Positions 34,395-45,582 of a stretch of DNA of 64,000 nucleotides are shown one piece after another. This DNA comes from Sporopachydermia quercuum (Eukaryota), in NCBI GenBank assembly GCA_001599295.1, contig BCGN01000004.1:934138-998137 (forward strand), read 5' to 3'. The first letter of the stretch is position 1. Every line of letters starts with the position of its first letter. A program made the position numbers and the translations under genes. Below the pieces are notes generated by a model that saw nothing but the letters and a program-made list of their open reading frames with translations, did no database searches and had not been told where the DNA came from.

Positions 34395-36188
34395 ATGACT
34401 TTTGGTCGTGGGTCAAGGAATTCATCTAAATCTTCACTGCGTAATATATTTCGCTCATCTAAAAGTAGATCAAGCAGCAGCCCTGATGGATCAAGCAGAA
34501 ATTCTAGTTCTGACTCGATCAATAACTCTCACTCTACTGGCAGTGTACCCGCAACATCAAGCATATCAGTCAAGATAGTCCCGCCAGACGAAAATGAACA
34601 AGGGGGTCATTTAGCTGTATTTTCTTTGGGTGATGATGGCACTGCTTCAAGAACAACATCTGCTGGATCATCAGTCAGTAAGCACGCAGTTCATATACCC
34701 TCACCATTGATAAAAAATGAATCACCTCAAACGGGATCACTCCCACAGTCACCAGTATCTCAAACCTGTTCTCCTAAGTTGTCTGGGAAATCCTCACATA
34801 AAAATAAGGTCTTCGGAGGTTTAGCATCTCATCATCCCCCTGAAGAAGATGGCGAGAGGTCAAAGTCGATGATTGAACTGAAGAGATTCTTCAAGCCAAT
34901 GAAGAACGTTTTTGGAGGCTCGTCAACATCTAGAAGTACCTCTCCACGTTGTAAATCAAGACGAGGTTCATCTTCCACTTCAACTTCTAGTTCACCTAAT
35001 GGTTCCCTTTCTACTCTGCAAGTAACAAATATGCCTTTTGGTGAAGAATCTGCTATAACTAGAAAGTATGGAAAGATAGGTAAAGTATTAGGAACTGGAG
35101 CAGGCGGATCAGTTTCTTTGTTGAAACGAGGTGATGGTACATTCCTTGCTGTCAAGGAGTTCCGGACACGAAATGCAAATGAAGGCGAAAAGGATTATGC
35201 AAAGAAAGTTAATGCTGAGTTTCTCATGGGCTCCTCATTACACCATCCTAATATTATTGAGACTCTTGACTTACTGCATGTTCATTCACGATATTATGAA
35301 ATAATGGAGTACTGTCCATTTGATTTTTTCACGATCGTAATGTCTGGCAAGATGTCAAAAACTGAAATTGCTTGTTATTTCAAACAGATCCTTTCAGGAG
35401 TTGGTTATTTACATGCTCAAGGATTGGCTCACCGAGATTTGAAACTTGATAACTGTGTGGTTAGTAGCCAAGGTATAATCAAATTAATAGATTTTGGGTC
35501 TGCTGTTGTATTCAAGTATGCACATATGGAACACTCAATTCAGTCTCATGGTGTTGTTGGATCTGATCCATACCTGGCCCCTGAAGTTTTAAATCAAAGG
35601 AAATATGATGCTGATAAGGCTGATATATGGTCTATTGCTATTATATTTTGTTGTATGACGTTAAGAAGATTCCCATGGAAAGCTCCAAAGATGACAGATA
35701 AGAGTTTTAAGTTATTCGCTGAGGATGAGGTAAAACCCGAAGTTGGAGCTGAACCTGAAAAAGAAGTTGATGGACATCATCACCATCACCATCACCATCA
35801 TCACCATAGTCATAAAAATGCTATTGCAGATAAGAAACATGAAACGACTAATGAAGAAGCAGGAAAACCGGTAAAACCCAACGGCCCTGGCCGTTTATTG
35901 AGATTGCTACCTCCATCTTCAAGAGAAACAATAATAGCCATGCTGGATTTAAATCCATTGAAAAGACCCAGTATACCTATAATTTTGGAGGATCAATGGG
36001 TACAAGGAATAGATGCCTGTCATGTTGAAGAGTATGATAGTAGTATTCCCGGTGGCGGTACAGTTATATGTGGAAAAGATCACACGCATACTTTAGTGAC
36101 AGAAGAGCAACTTGAAAATNAAAGGAAAGAAGAGAAAGAAAAGCGAGACAAAGAGAAGAAGTCAGATGATCACTCTAAAGGTAGATAG
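34395..36188 (+). CDS. NPR/HAL-family Ser/Thr kinase of Hrk1/Rtk1 type
   Basis: GTGAGGSV, AVKEF, AEF..GSSLHHPNIIETLD, HRDLKLDN, IDFGSAVVF, GVVGSDPYLAPE. An 11-His insert lies at 35775-35807. Confidence 0.88.
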   Translation: MTFGRGSRNSSKSSLRNIFRSSKSRSSSSPDGSSRNSSSDSINNSHSTGSVPATSSISVKIVPPDENEQGGHLAVFSLGDDGTASRTTSAGSSVSKHAVHIPSPLIKNESPQTGSLPQSPVSQTCSPKLSGKSSHKNKVFGGLASHHPPEEDGERSKSMIELKRFFKPMKNVFGGSSTSRSTSPRCKSRRGSSSTSTSSSPNGSLSTLQVTNMPFGEESAITRKYGKIGKVLGTGAGGSVSLLKRGDGTFLAVKEFRTRNANEGEKDYAKKVNAEFLMGSSLHHPNIIETLDLLHVHSRYYEIMEYCPFDFFTIVMSGKMSKTEIACYFKQILSGVGYLHAQGLAHRDLKLDNCVVSSQGIIKLIDFGSAVVFKYAHMEHSIQSHGVVGSDPYLAPEVLNQRKYDADKADIWSIAIIFCCMTLRRFPWKAPKMTDKSFKLFAEDEVKPEVGAEPEKEVDGHHHHHHHHHHHSHKNAIADKKHETTNEEAGKPVKPNGPGRLLRLLPPSSRETIIAMLDLNPLKRPSIPIILEDQWVQGIDACHVEEYDSSIPGGGTVICGKDHTHTLVTEEQLENXRKEEKEKRDKEKKSDDHSKGR

Positions 36189-36593
36189 CTCTTAATCTCC
36201 CTGCATACTCATTGTTTGTAAGTGGGTGATGATCATCATTCAGTTATTCATATTTCTATAAATTTGTATTAATATACTTACTAATAGAAATAGATAATAC
36301 ATGAAATATATAAGTATAATTTCACCTGTAATTTCACCAGTAAGCATTTTCAAAACTTCGCATCTACAGTGGATAATTTTAACATTATAAATTTAAAGCA
36401 TATCATTAATGTAATCTATTATAACACGGTTACGTAATAGTGCAAACCAAAGTCCGAATCATCCAATGGTGAGATTTTCCAGTTGATGTACCTAACATTT
36501 CTATCTACTTATTGACCGAAACAGATGTAAAGAAAGATTATGAACAAATATTAGTGATTATAATCGTGAAGCAAAGAAGTCATAGTCATTAGA

Positions 36594-38045
36594 TTAACGG
36601 TAGGGGTCAAAAACGTTTTGTAGAAATGTTCCTCTGAATACTCTCATCCCCATAGTTGCCTTTGACCAATCATTACGTATTAGGCCTTCAATATATCTTT
36701 GTTGAACCTTCACCAACCTTGGTAAAAACAGTATGAAGCTGATATAAGCATACAGCATTCCTGCTATTAAATCGATTCTGAAATGATGATCCAAATATAT
36801 TGTAGCCCACCATTGAACTAAGACAAAGCCAAAAAGGAGGATTTTGATGTAAATATTAGAATAGAATGCTCCAAACAGGAAACTTTGTACAGCCATTGCT
36901 GAATGAAGGGAAGGAAAAGCTCCAAAAACAATGGGGGAAATCTTGAACCCATCAGAAAGCATATTACTTCCCCATGCATGATCAATTCTGATTAACCCAG
37001 CAGCATAACCGGGCATGTCATAAGTTGGTTCAGTGCCAGCAGGGTAAATATGATGGAACCAAGGTGGTGCATTGGGGAATGCTAAATGTGTCAACACACC
37101 AATGATATTTTGGAATCCAAGCGCACATGAAAAAGTGGCCAAGACACCAGGTGGATGAAATGCGTATAAGTATATTGCCATAAAAATAGGCATAGCAGCG
37201 TGCAATACTACGTAGTGGGACCATGCTAGGACGTCTTTAGCTGGAGACGTTGTGTCGGCGCCTTGTTGATCTAAATTAAGAAGTAACCAACTGAAACAAA
37301 TTAGTATACCTGGACATGCTATTGAACAAGTAGGAGGTAAGCTTGTGGAAAAAAATCTGAGTTCATGCGATATTAGAGGTGCCTCAGGTTGCACAAGTTC
37401 ACTTGGTAAAATTGGTTCTCCTTCTTCATCATCCACCAAAATGGTTTCCTGGTCTGAACCAAATTGATCGAGACTATCAAGTATTATATGGTATGTGTTG
37501 TTACCTTCATCTAATTTATCACTCTGTTGTTTATCATCACCTAAGAGCATATGAGGGAGGGTATCTGAATATGCAGTGAAACTGCTATCAGTGGCTGAAT
37601 CTTGAGCTTCTATATCGTCAAGTATATCTTCATTCTCTAGTATCAGCATGTACCTACCATCACGAGTGAACTCTAGTAATGTTGAAGAGCTTCCGAGTAG
37701 ATATACGAGGGATATCCAACATAATCCCATAAAAAAGAAAATAAAGGCAAACAGAGCTCCCTTCAGTGATAAACTAAATAGAAGCTCGTCCAGGTTCTTC
37801 ATTAAAGAACCGTGAATTTTTGGTCTCCAGTTTTTTGGTATTAACCCAGCATTCTTAAAAATAGTCAACCATATTAGAACTGGAGAGAAATTGATCAAAA
37901 AATTGAAAGCTAGTCCAAAGACTGACCTTCCATTTGTGCCTGATTTATAAAATCTGACAACACATCGGGCTAAGAATCGCCCAGTTATATGTAATGCTTT
38001 TTTCACTTTCGAAGAGTTAACTCGACTCTCAATGTTTGAATTCAT
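36594..38045 (-). CDS. IPT1: Inositolphosphotransferase Ipt1 (AUR1/IPT1 family)
   Basis: NFSPVLIWLTIFKNAGLIP..WRPKI, THLAFPNAPPWF, FGAFPSLHSA, and WWATIYLDHHFRIDL. Confidence 0.88.
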   Translation of the reverse strand: MNSNIESRVNSSKVKKALHITGRFLARCVVRFYKSGTNGRSVFGLAFNFLINFSPVLIWLTIFKNAGLIPKNWRPKIHGSLMKNLDELLFSLSLKGALFAFIFFFMGLCWISLVYLLGSSSTLLEFTRDGRYMLILENEDILDDIEAQDSATDSSFTAYSDTLPHMLLGDDKQQSDKLDEGNNTYHIILDSLDQFGSDQETILVDDEEGEPILPSELVQPEAPLISHELRFFSTSLPPTCSIACPGILICFSWLLLNLDQQGADTTSPAKDVLAWSHYVVLHAAMPIFMAIYLYAFHPPGVLATFSCALGFQNIIGVLTHLAFPNAPPWFHHIYPAGTEPTYDMPGYAAGLIRIDHAWGSNMLSDGFKISPIVFGAFPSLHSAMAVQSFLFGAFYSNIYIKILLFGFVLVQWWATIYLDHHFRIDLIAGMLYAYISFILFLPRLVKVQQRYIEGLIRNDWSKATMGMRVFRGTFLQNVFDPYR

Positions 38046-41000
38046 GCTGTGTTAGGCTATTTTACTTTTCTTCATTAATTGTGTAGAGAAGCGGACGTAA
38101 CTAATCACTTGATAGCTCAAGTGTTGGCTATTGATGGGTTCTCAGAGAAACGGGTACCAAAGAACGAACTGTATAATGAAAAAGTCTATTCTGGTCCTTT
38201 ATGATCCTTTCTTCTGTTATTCTCACTGATTTTCTTCTTACTTATGTTTCTTAGTGTTCCTTTCAAAATTCGAGTGGTGAGATTCTTTGTAGTGTGTTAC
38301 TGTTCTTGATAGTGAGCTCTCCTCTCCTTCTCTGTGTGCGAATTATAATTATAAGTGCTGATTCTACTTCCAATATATGTGCTTTGTTTGTCTTATGAGT
38401 ATAAACAAAAGAAGCTATCCATACGATGAAGAACGAAAGTATTAACGGCAAATATATCAGCAAATTGTTTTGAAGAAAAGTTAAAGCAAGCTATTCACTT
38501 GTAGATTCCTTTGTTTGTCTTTCAATATTCTTGCTTAATGCAAGCAATGACAAGGTGTTGGTGTGATATTTCTCGCCAAGTCTTAAAGAAGATCCTATGA
38601 AAACAGAGTTGGGAATTATTCAGCATTCTTTGACGATAGTAAATACAGGTATACAGTTTATGAACTATTTATTTAAAGGAAGAAAATTTGTGATTCTTCT
38701 TTGATAATGAAAACTATTTTACTAGGCTTGAACTGAAAAGCCATACGAATATCTGAAGATTAGGTCTGACGAGTCATTAGGAGGTGAACCTAAAACAAAT
38801 ACTTGTAAAGTTTATCAATACAGACTGTTTGACATGAACCTTAAATGGACTATTCTCATGACAAAAGACTTTTTGAGATGGTTGTCACAACTTTTCATCA
38901 TACCTAATTAGTAAATCTATTATAGAGCCAAAGGCAAAATTCTATTTGGATGGAATATGGGGGCTATGTACTGATTTTTTGCTGAAAGATGGGCCTTCAT
39001 AGAGTGGAAATTAAATTACTCGCTGTTTCGTGTTTAATAATCATTGTATTGATAGAATGGTATTTACAATCAAAATTTCTATGACATTGGGTAACTCAAA
39101 ATCTTCAAATAAGTTTGTAAGGGGGCTCTTATTTTTTCTTATTCTCATCCTTTCTCCAAGGCAGAGTTAATAAGGTAATAAGCATATTTTTTATTACTCC
39201 TGCGAAGTAGATCTAATACATTGAATCGAATAAATCCACATATGGCATATTTTTACGATGCCATGCAAGCAGGTATAATTCTGACAGAAACGGAATATGG
39301 GAAAGAATCTTTATGTCATTCAAGACGATCGGAAAATTCTTTTTGAAAACGTACACACAGTCGTCACATTAAGGTACGCAATGAAAATGCTAATAAACAG
39401 AGACTCCGCACGATTTCAATTAGTATAGAACGGAAAAGGAAATGAGGTGCAATGACTAGAATCAAAATACTCTCGATCAAGAGTTCAACAGAAAATGTAA
39501 AAATAGGAATTGACGTATTGTTCGATAGGTGAAATATATGCTACTCTTGATTGCTGGTCAACTGAAAGTCATAAAATTTAGCCCACTATCTTCAAATTTA
39601 CCGTACTAGATTAAATTTCATAAGTCTTATCAGTGCCATCAGTTTTAAGTATGTGATCCGTTCCTGAAACTTTATTCATGAGGATCCTAACCGAGCCGTT
39701 GATTACTGAGCCATTGATATCTTTTTTTCTTTTTTGAGAAACAGGAATGAGAAAGAAAAAAAAAAGCGTAAAAAGTTATAAAAATCCAAGGCAAGCAATT
39801 ATTATATAGTTTTGTGATGAATCATGGACGGAAGAACGACCGATATTTTGCTTCTAACTACTGATGATCCAAGGATGAGACAGGTGATTTTCCATTTGGG
39901 CATTGAAATAACAATCAGAGCTGTTTCGTTAATTTGGTATGCTTTTTACATGACAATGAAGATTTTACTATCTCGTGATTCAACATTTCAAGTCAAAACT
40001 TTAGAAAATCATATATCAAAAAAAAAAAATTAAACTAAATAAGCCAGGAGTCATAGAAAAGAGTGTATGAGGCTGGTTTTATCGGAGCGTTACCGACTGT
40101 CTTATGATGGAGACAATACCTTGAAGATAATTCAAGCGATTTGTGTGCGTGCTTTATATCCTAACGGATGAAAATAAGATACCTCGTAGTGAAATTATAT
40201 ACAATTTGTTTGATCAGTCTTCAAGTATAAGGCGTTACAATATTATGTTAGAGCCTCGATTTTAATCTGTTCGCACTTTTCGCACTTTTCGCCCAATAGA
40301 ACCATATACTTCTTGTCAAAAAAAGAAACGAGACAGAAATGAAAATTGTCCTCTCCTGTTCTTTTCCGTATAAGACATTTGATCTTCAATACCTTGTGAC
40401 AATACTTCTAAATTTGTCAGAGTTCATGTCAATTGGACCCTGGTTCGATTCTTCTACCCGATTTATTATTGGACATATATAAGTGTGTTTGTGCATAACG
40501 GACTAATAAGAGCTATTCATAAAGATGGATAGAGCAAAAACATATATAGAAAGTATCGGTAATAAATCCTGAAGAATGTTGATCCAACATATTGCCTGAC
40601 ACCAGTTATGTAATTGATAGTAAAAGGATACCCCGTTAGTTGAAACGAGACATACGTAAGAGAGTGACGAGTTCACGCATAATGACGCAGTTGTGCATGG
40701 CGATTCAAATAGTCATCTCAGAAACTGACCTTCCTACATCCTGATGAGAGTCAGTGTATTGTTTAAATCGTTCAAATTGTTAAGATAAAATGCACTCATG
40801 TTGTGATGCTATTAATTATATCGAAGCGGGTGAGCTAACGAATACGAACTCAAGGTGGTTCGTATTTAGTAACTGAGAGAGGAAACAAGAATTACAAGCA
40901 TAACTATAACCTTAAATTGAGCCAATACATAGGTAATTCGGACACCATTTATGTTCAGTTTATGTCAAATAGTTCTCAACAGATTATTCGTTATGAACTC

Positions 41001-41646
41001 TATCTGTAGGATAGATAAATTCGACAGATGAAAAGAAAGGCATTTGAACTGAAATTCGTAGTTTCATGCAATCATTAGTTGGTGTAGTGATCACACTTAA
41101 AAAGACAATGAATTGAGTTCTGTTAGTTGTCTCAGTGGATAGGTGAAATGAAATAATCACTATGGTAAGGTTAATTTATAGGTATGTGTATCGGTGTGGG
41201 GTTTATTGTTCACTATATTCTAGGGTAGGGAACAATGAAGAAATTTAACCCGTTGAATTGTTTGCCGTCTTTGGTATGTTCTCTGTCTCTTTATTTCATT
41301 TGTATTCTTATTCTAAGAGAAATGGCTGCTACTATTGAAATTGAATGAAGAAAAGTATTCTACCTTCTACGTAATTCATCATTTGCCCTTTATAAGTTAT
41401 AATTGCTTTGTTTGTTTGTCATTTCTGAATCAACCAATTAAGTAGAGCTAGTATCGGTTGCACAAAAAGAATGAGAATGGCTGCAATACAAGACAATAAT
41501 CTGAATTGTTTATGAAGTAAATTTGTCTACAAGTAATATACAATAATAATGAAAAATCCCAACCAATAATTAAATTAAAAATTGCTTTCGTTGACCGTGA
41601 ATCCACCCTTATAATATATATGTAATATACCATATATAAATAAATA

Positions 41647-43274
41647 TTACACTTCATAAACCGGAGCAGAGAAGGAAGGCTCGCTTTGTTGTTGTATTAA
41701 CTCTTGTCGTTGAATCTCAAGTTTATCATCAGTACCCAAGTTCGGTGGGTCAGATTCTTCGAACTCAGGTGGTACTTTCATATCTAAGGACGAATTAGAC
41801 TCTTTCAATTGGGGAATAAAATTCGTTATTGGATGTTGATTAATTGAAGTTTGAGTAAGGTCCTCTGAAGGTTGATTTGATTTGACCGTTCCAATTATTA
41901 TTTCTTTCCATAATGACAATATTTTCAATCTATGCTTCAGCTTATCTGTGTCAATAAACCTAGTAGGATCTAACGGACCTGATGAACTTAAACCTGGTTC
42001 GAATGGAGTTGATGATAAGTTCACACATGTCTCAATATAATATCTAAATGAGACTGTTGATATGACAGTTGTAGGAAAAGCGTGTGTTGGAACCTTTATC
42101 ACTGCATTAGCTTCGCATGACAATGTCTCAGGATCAACAACAAAAGAGACTAGTGTTTGAGACAAATCCTTCCGATATGAGGTCAAACTGTTCCCTGTAG
42201 GTGAAAACCGTGATATCCTAGAAAGCGTAACCAAAATTCCCGATATGCTTCTTGTTGGTTTATAATGCTTTATATTAATTTTTATTGGGATATGATCACC
42301 CCTTAAGTAGCCTGACGCTGGGATAGAGACTGCACAGCTAATCGTTCCATGTTTTTGCCTCAAAACAGATTCAACAGGTGAAGGATTAGGAATTCTTGAT
42401 ATATCCATGGGACATAGTACTCTGACGGTCTTTGAAGCTTTGTCTAGTATTATGGGTTTCGATGTAGTGGTGCTAGAACTAGTGGATGAAATTGAACTTG
42501 TCGATTTAATGGAATCCGAGGACGATGAGGAAGATGCAGTTGCATAAGTAGATATGCATGAAACCGCTGAGGATGACAATGAAGATGATGAAATTGAAGG
42601 TCTGTCTTGTAAGATGGTATTTGATGGGGGTGAGACATTTGCTGCTTGAGAGGTAGTTGATATTAATTTAAATGAGTTAGCATTTATTGATGCACTCATC
42701 AAGCATGAATTGCTATCTTCATATTTCAACAGTTCTGCTGTTAAAAGATAAGATATTGATCCCCTGTCAAAATCAATACTTGTTAGCAGTTTACCCTTTG
42801 GAAGCCTCAGGAGAAATGGAAAACGATGTTGACCTCTTGGTAGTGTGTTTGCAGAAAAGGATAGAGTCGAACTTGAGCTGCAACTACTACCACCTTCTTT
42901 CTTTCGAGGATAGATATTAACCATGCATTGGAGAAATCTCTTTTTGTAGGAAGTTTTCATTGAATTTGATCTCACTTTCAGCAGGCCTGATAAATGTAAA
43001 GCTATTGCAAGTCCTCCTTTCTCTTCAGGTATGGTTAACACAACATCGCCTAATTTGGTTAGTAACTAGTGACTTGGGTTTTACCTCGATCTTCAAAGTG
43101 TTGAGAATTAAAACATAAAACAAAATGGAACCTACCACATATCACATCACCAGGAGTATAGCTTCTATGAGGCTCTGTTAATTCAATATAAAAGTCACGT
43201 TCATTATGCCGCGTATATGAAGAAGCAGCTGATGTTAACCCTGATATCCACAGGGGGAGTATTTTTGGTGACAT
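41647..43274 (-). CDS. RIM8: pH-signalling arrestin Rim8/PalF, 2 exons
   Basis: Exons 43274-43136 and 43049-41647; intron GTAGGT..TACTAAC..TAG (86 nt). Motifs DFYIELTEPHRSYTPGD, GQHRFPF, TSIDFDRGSISY, GYLRGD, SYRKDLSQT, and C-terminal SEPSFSAPVY. Confidence 0.88.
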
Positions 43275-45582
43275 TATCTCAGATAAACAACATATGCTTG
43301 AATTATTGTTTCTGGTCACTTTATTGTATTTATTATCGATAAAATATTATGATTGCAGTATTCATTTTCTGATTTGGAGTGTTTATTCTGATACTTCCTC
43401 AATACCAACTGTTCTTTGCAACAAACACCATAACTTCTTGTTGCATTAAACTAACAGCAAATTATTATTTTTTGACATAAATCTGTTCAATAGATAAAAT
43501 AAATCAATCTTCAATTCACTGCTTGTTTTCTTGCTTTCTTTATTAATTATATTCTTTGTTGTATATTACTCGACGGTATAGTTATGCCATCTGGTAAGGA
43601 GGAGTAGTGTCAAAAATAGAATTCATCGAAAGTAACAAGATTGGAAAAGCCAAGAGTTTTAAGAATGTCTTATTTTGTGTTGCGTGGTAGTTTAAGTCCA
43701 TAATTTCATTGGGGCTATTCTAGAGATTCATTTTATAATAATCCTAATGACACTTATGTACATTCTATAAATAATGGTTAAGAGTATAGACTTCGAGAAC
43801 ATTTTGATTTAAAGCTCATTAAATTATTCTATATATCAAGAATGAATAAACAAAGTAATGCTGGGTGGGCTTAATTGAATTCTTTCCATTCATTCCTTGA
43901 ATTTCTAATCACCCTGGGAGCAAAATAGCCAATAGCAAAGATTTGAGGAAGACTAATAAGCTTTTAGAAATGAAATAATTGTCGTAATAAGCTTGTGTTA
44001 GTGAGAGACCGTATTAACTTAAAACGGTTAACTGAACTTTATTTTAAGACATTTTGAGAGTTAGTGGAGTGATGAATAAAAAGGCGTATAACTCTAGAAA
44101 TTAAANGATGGCAATATATACAATAACAAAAATTTTAATTACAAACAAAATCATATCCAACTTATTATTATTCGCCTATTAGTATTACACTATATATAAG
44201 ATAAAAGGAAAGGAATAAATGTGATTAAAACTTTGATCGACGATAGATCGGTAACTTAAATTAATCATATTGATGTTAATTACCATATATGGAAGTTAAT
44301 TGCCACTCCCTATACCTATTTTGTCCATTATTTAGGTTCTAATTGAATACAAAAATGCAAAATCAGTTAAGCTTTTTTCTATCTTCTAACAGACATTATC
44401 GCTTAGAGCCAATTTTTCACCAAGATATTGATGTTGAATTATATTGCAGATACTCCTCCACTAAAGTGACTTTTCATTGTATGATTACTAGTCGAAAGCA
44501 CTTCTTTTTGGGAAGATGTTTGAGATTTTGCCAGTTCAAAGATAATAAAAAAAACATAAAGAATGGAAAAAGGTAACTCTTTCCATGTATAAGAGAAGAG
44601 CTAATAACCCCCTTTACCTCCAGAGGCGTCTTTCTTATTATGAATGTATGAGCCGCATTGTTGACTTACATTAGTTCTTCATTTACTTCAAAAGAGCTCA
44701 TCCGGTGAGGAACATATCACAAAAATAGCAACAGCTGGCGATGTTGTTTCTCATGTTTTATATGTTGCCTTCGTTTTACCTGCATGTCTGCCTATCCAAT
44801 CAACAAGATCAAGACGTAGTTTCTCTTTTCATTCTCCCTATAAAGAACGCCAGAGAGGCCTTGAATTGTAGTTTGTAGTATACTAATTTTTGGACTAATA
44901 ATTATCTAATCAGTAAACCGTAAAAAATTGAGTCCATGGAATGAAATAATTAGTAAAGCCTTCAAATACCATCTCATTGAACCATTATGTCTATCATTTC
45001 TTTTCTTGTCCGGATTCTGTTTAATAGTCTTTTGGGGGTAAGTTGTTCCTTTTCCATGTTTCTCGAAAATTGCTAAAATCAGTTCCAGAACCTCGTGTAA
45101 CTTGAATCAAATCGAGAAGCACCAAGTTTTAAGAAGCTGGCTAGGGTCATAATAATAAAATAGCAAGCCATTACAAGTTTTTTTTACTATTCATTGGAAA
45201 TAGGAAGCTCAAGATCTATAATAATGTTCATTAACAGCGCATAGTGATATGATTTACGACTCGAAATTTAGAATTTATATTCTAGAAATTAAATGTATTA
45301 CCGATGTTGAAATCCCAGCCTTCCATGCAACAATATGTAAGTAAACACAATAAAGATGAAACAAAGATCAAAAGAAAATAAAATCATTAACGTACAATAC
45401 AAGTAGAGACGTAACGTCGTATGAAATATACAGGATTGCGCTCATGAGGTATTATATGTTGAATAAACACCGAGCAAGAAAAGTAATAAAGAGACCCAAA
45501 TTGAATTGAGATATACTAAAACTAAGAGAATAAAATAAATTATCAATTAATTATCTAGTAAATTCAACAAAACCATGGGCGT

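Noticed and set aside
40270..40460. U6-, U3- or tRNA-like similarity near the B-box
   Set aside because: No ACAGAGA/AGC core, only a degenerate U3 box A, and no cloverleaf or A-box.
40721..40755. CTGATGAG with upstream GAAAC as a hammerhead ribozyme
   Set aside because: Only 16 nt separate the core strands, so stems I and III cannot form, and no GAAA follows a stem II.
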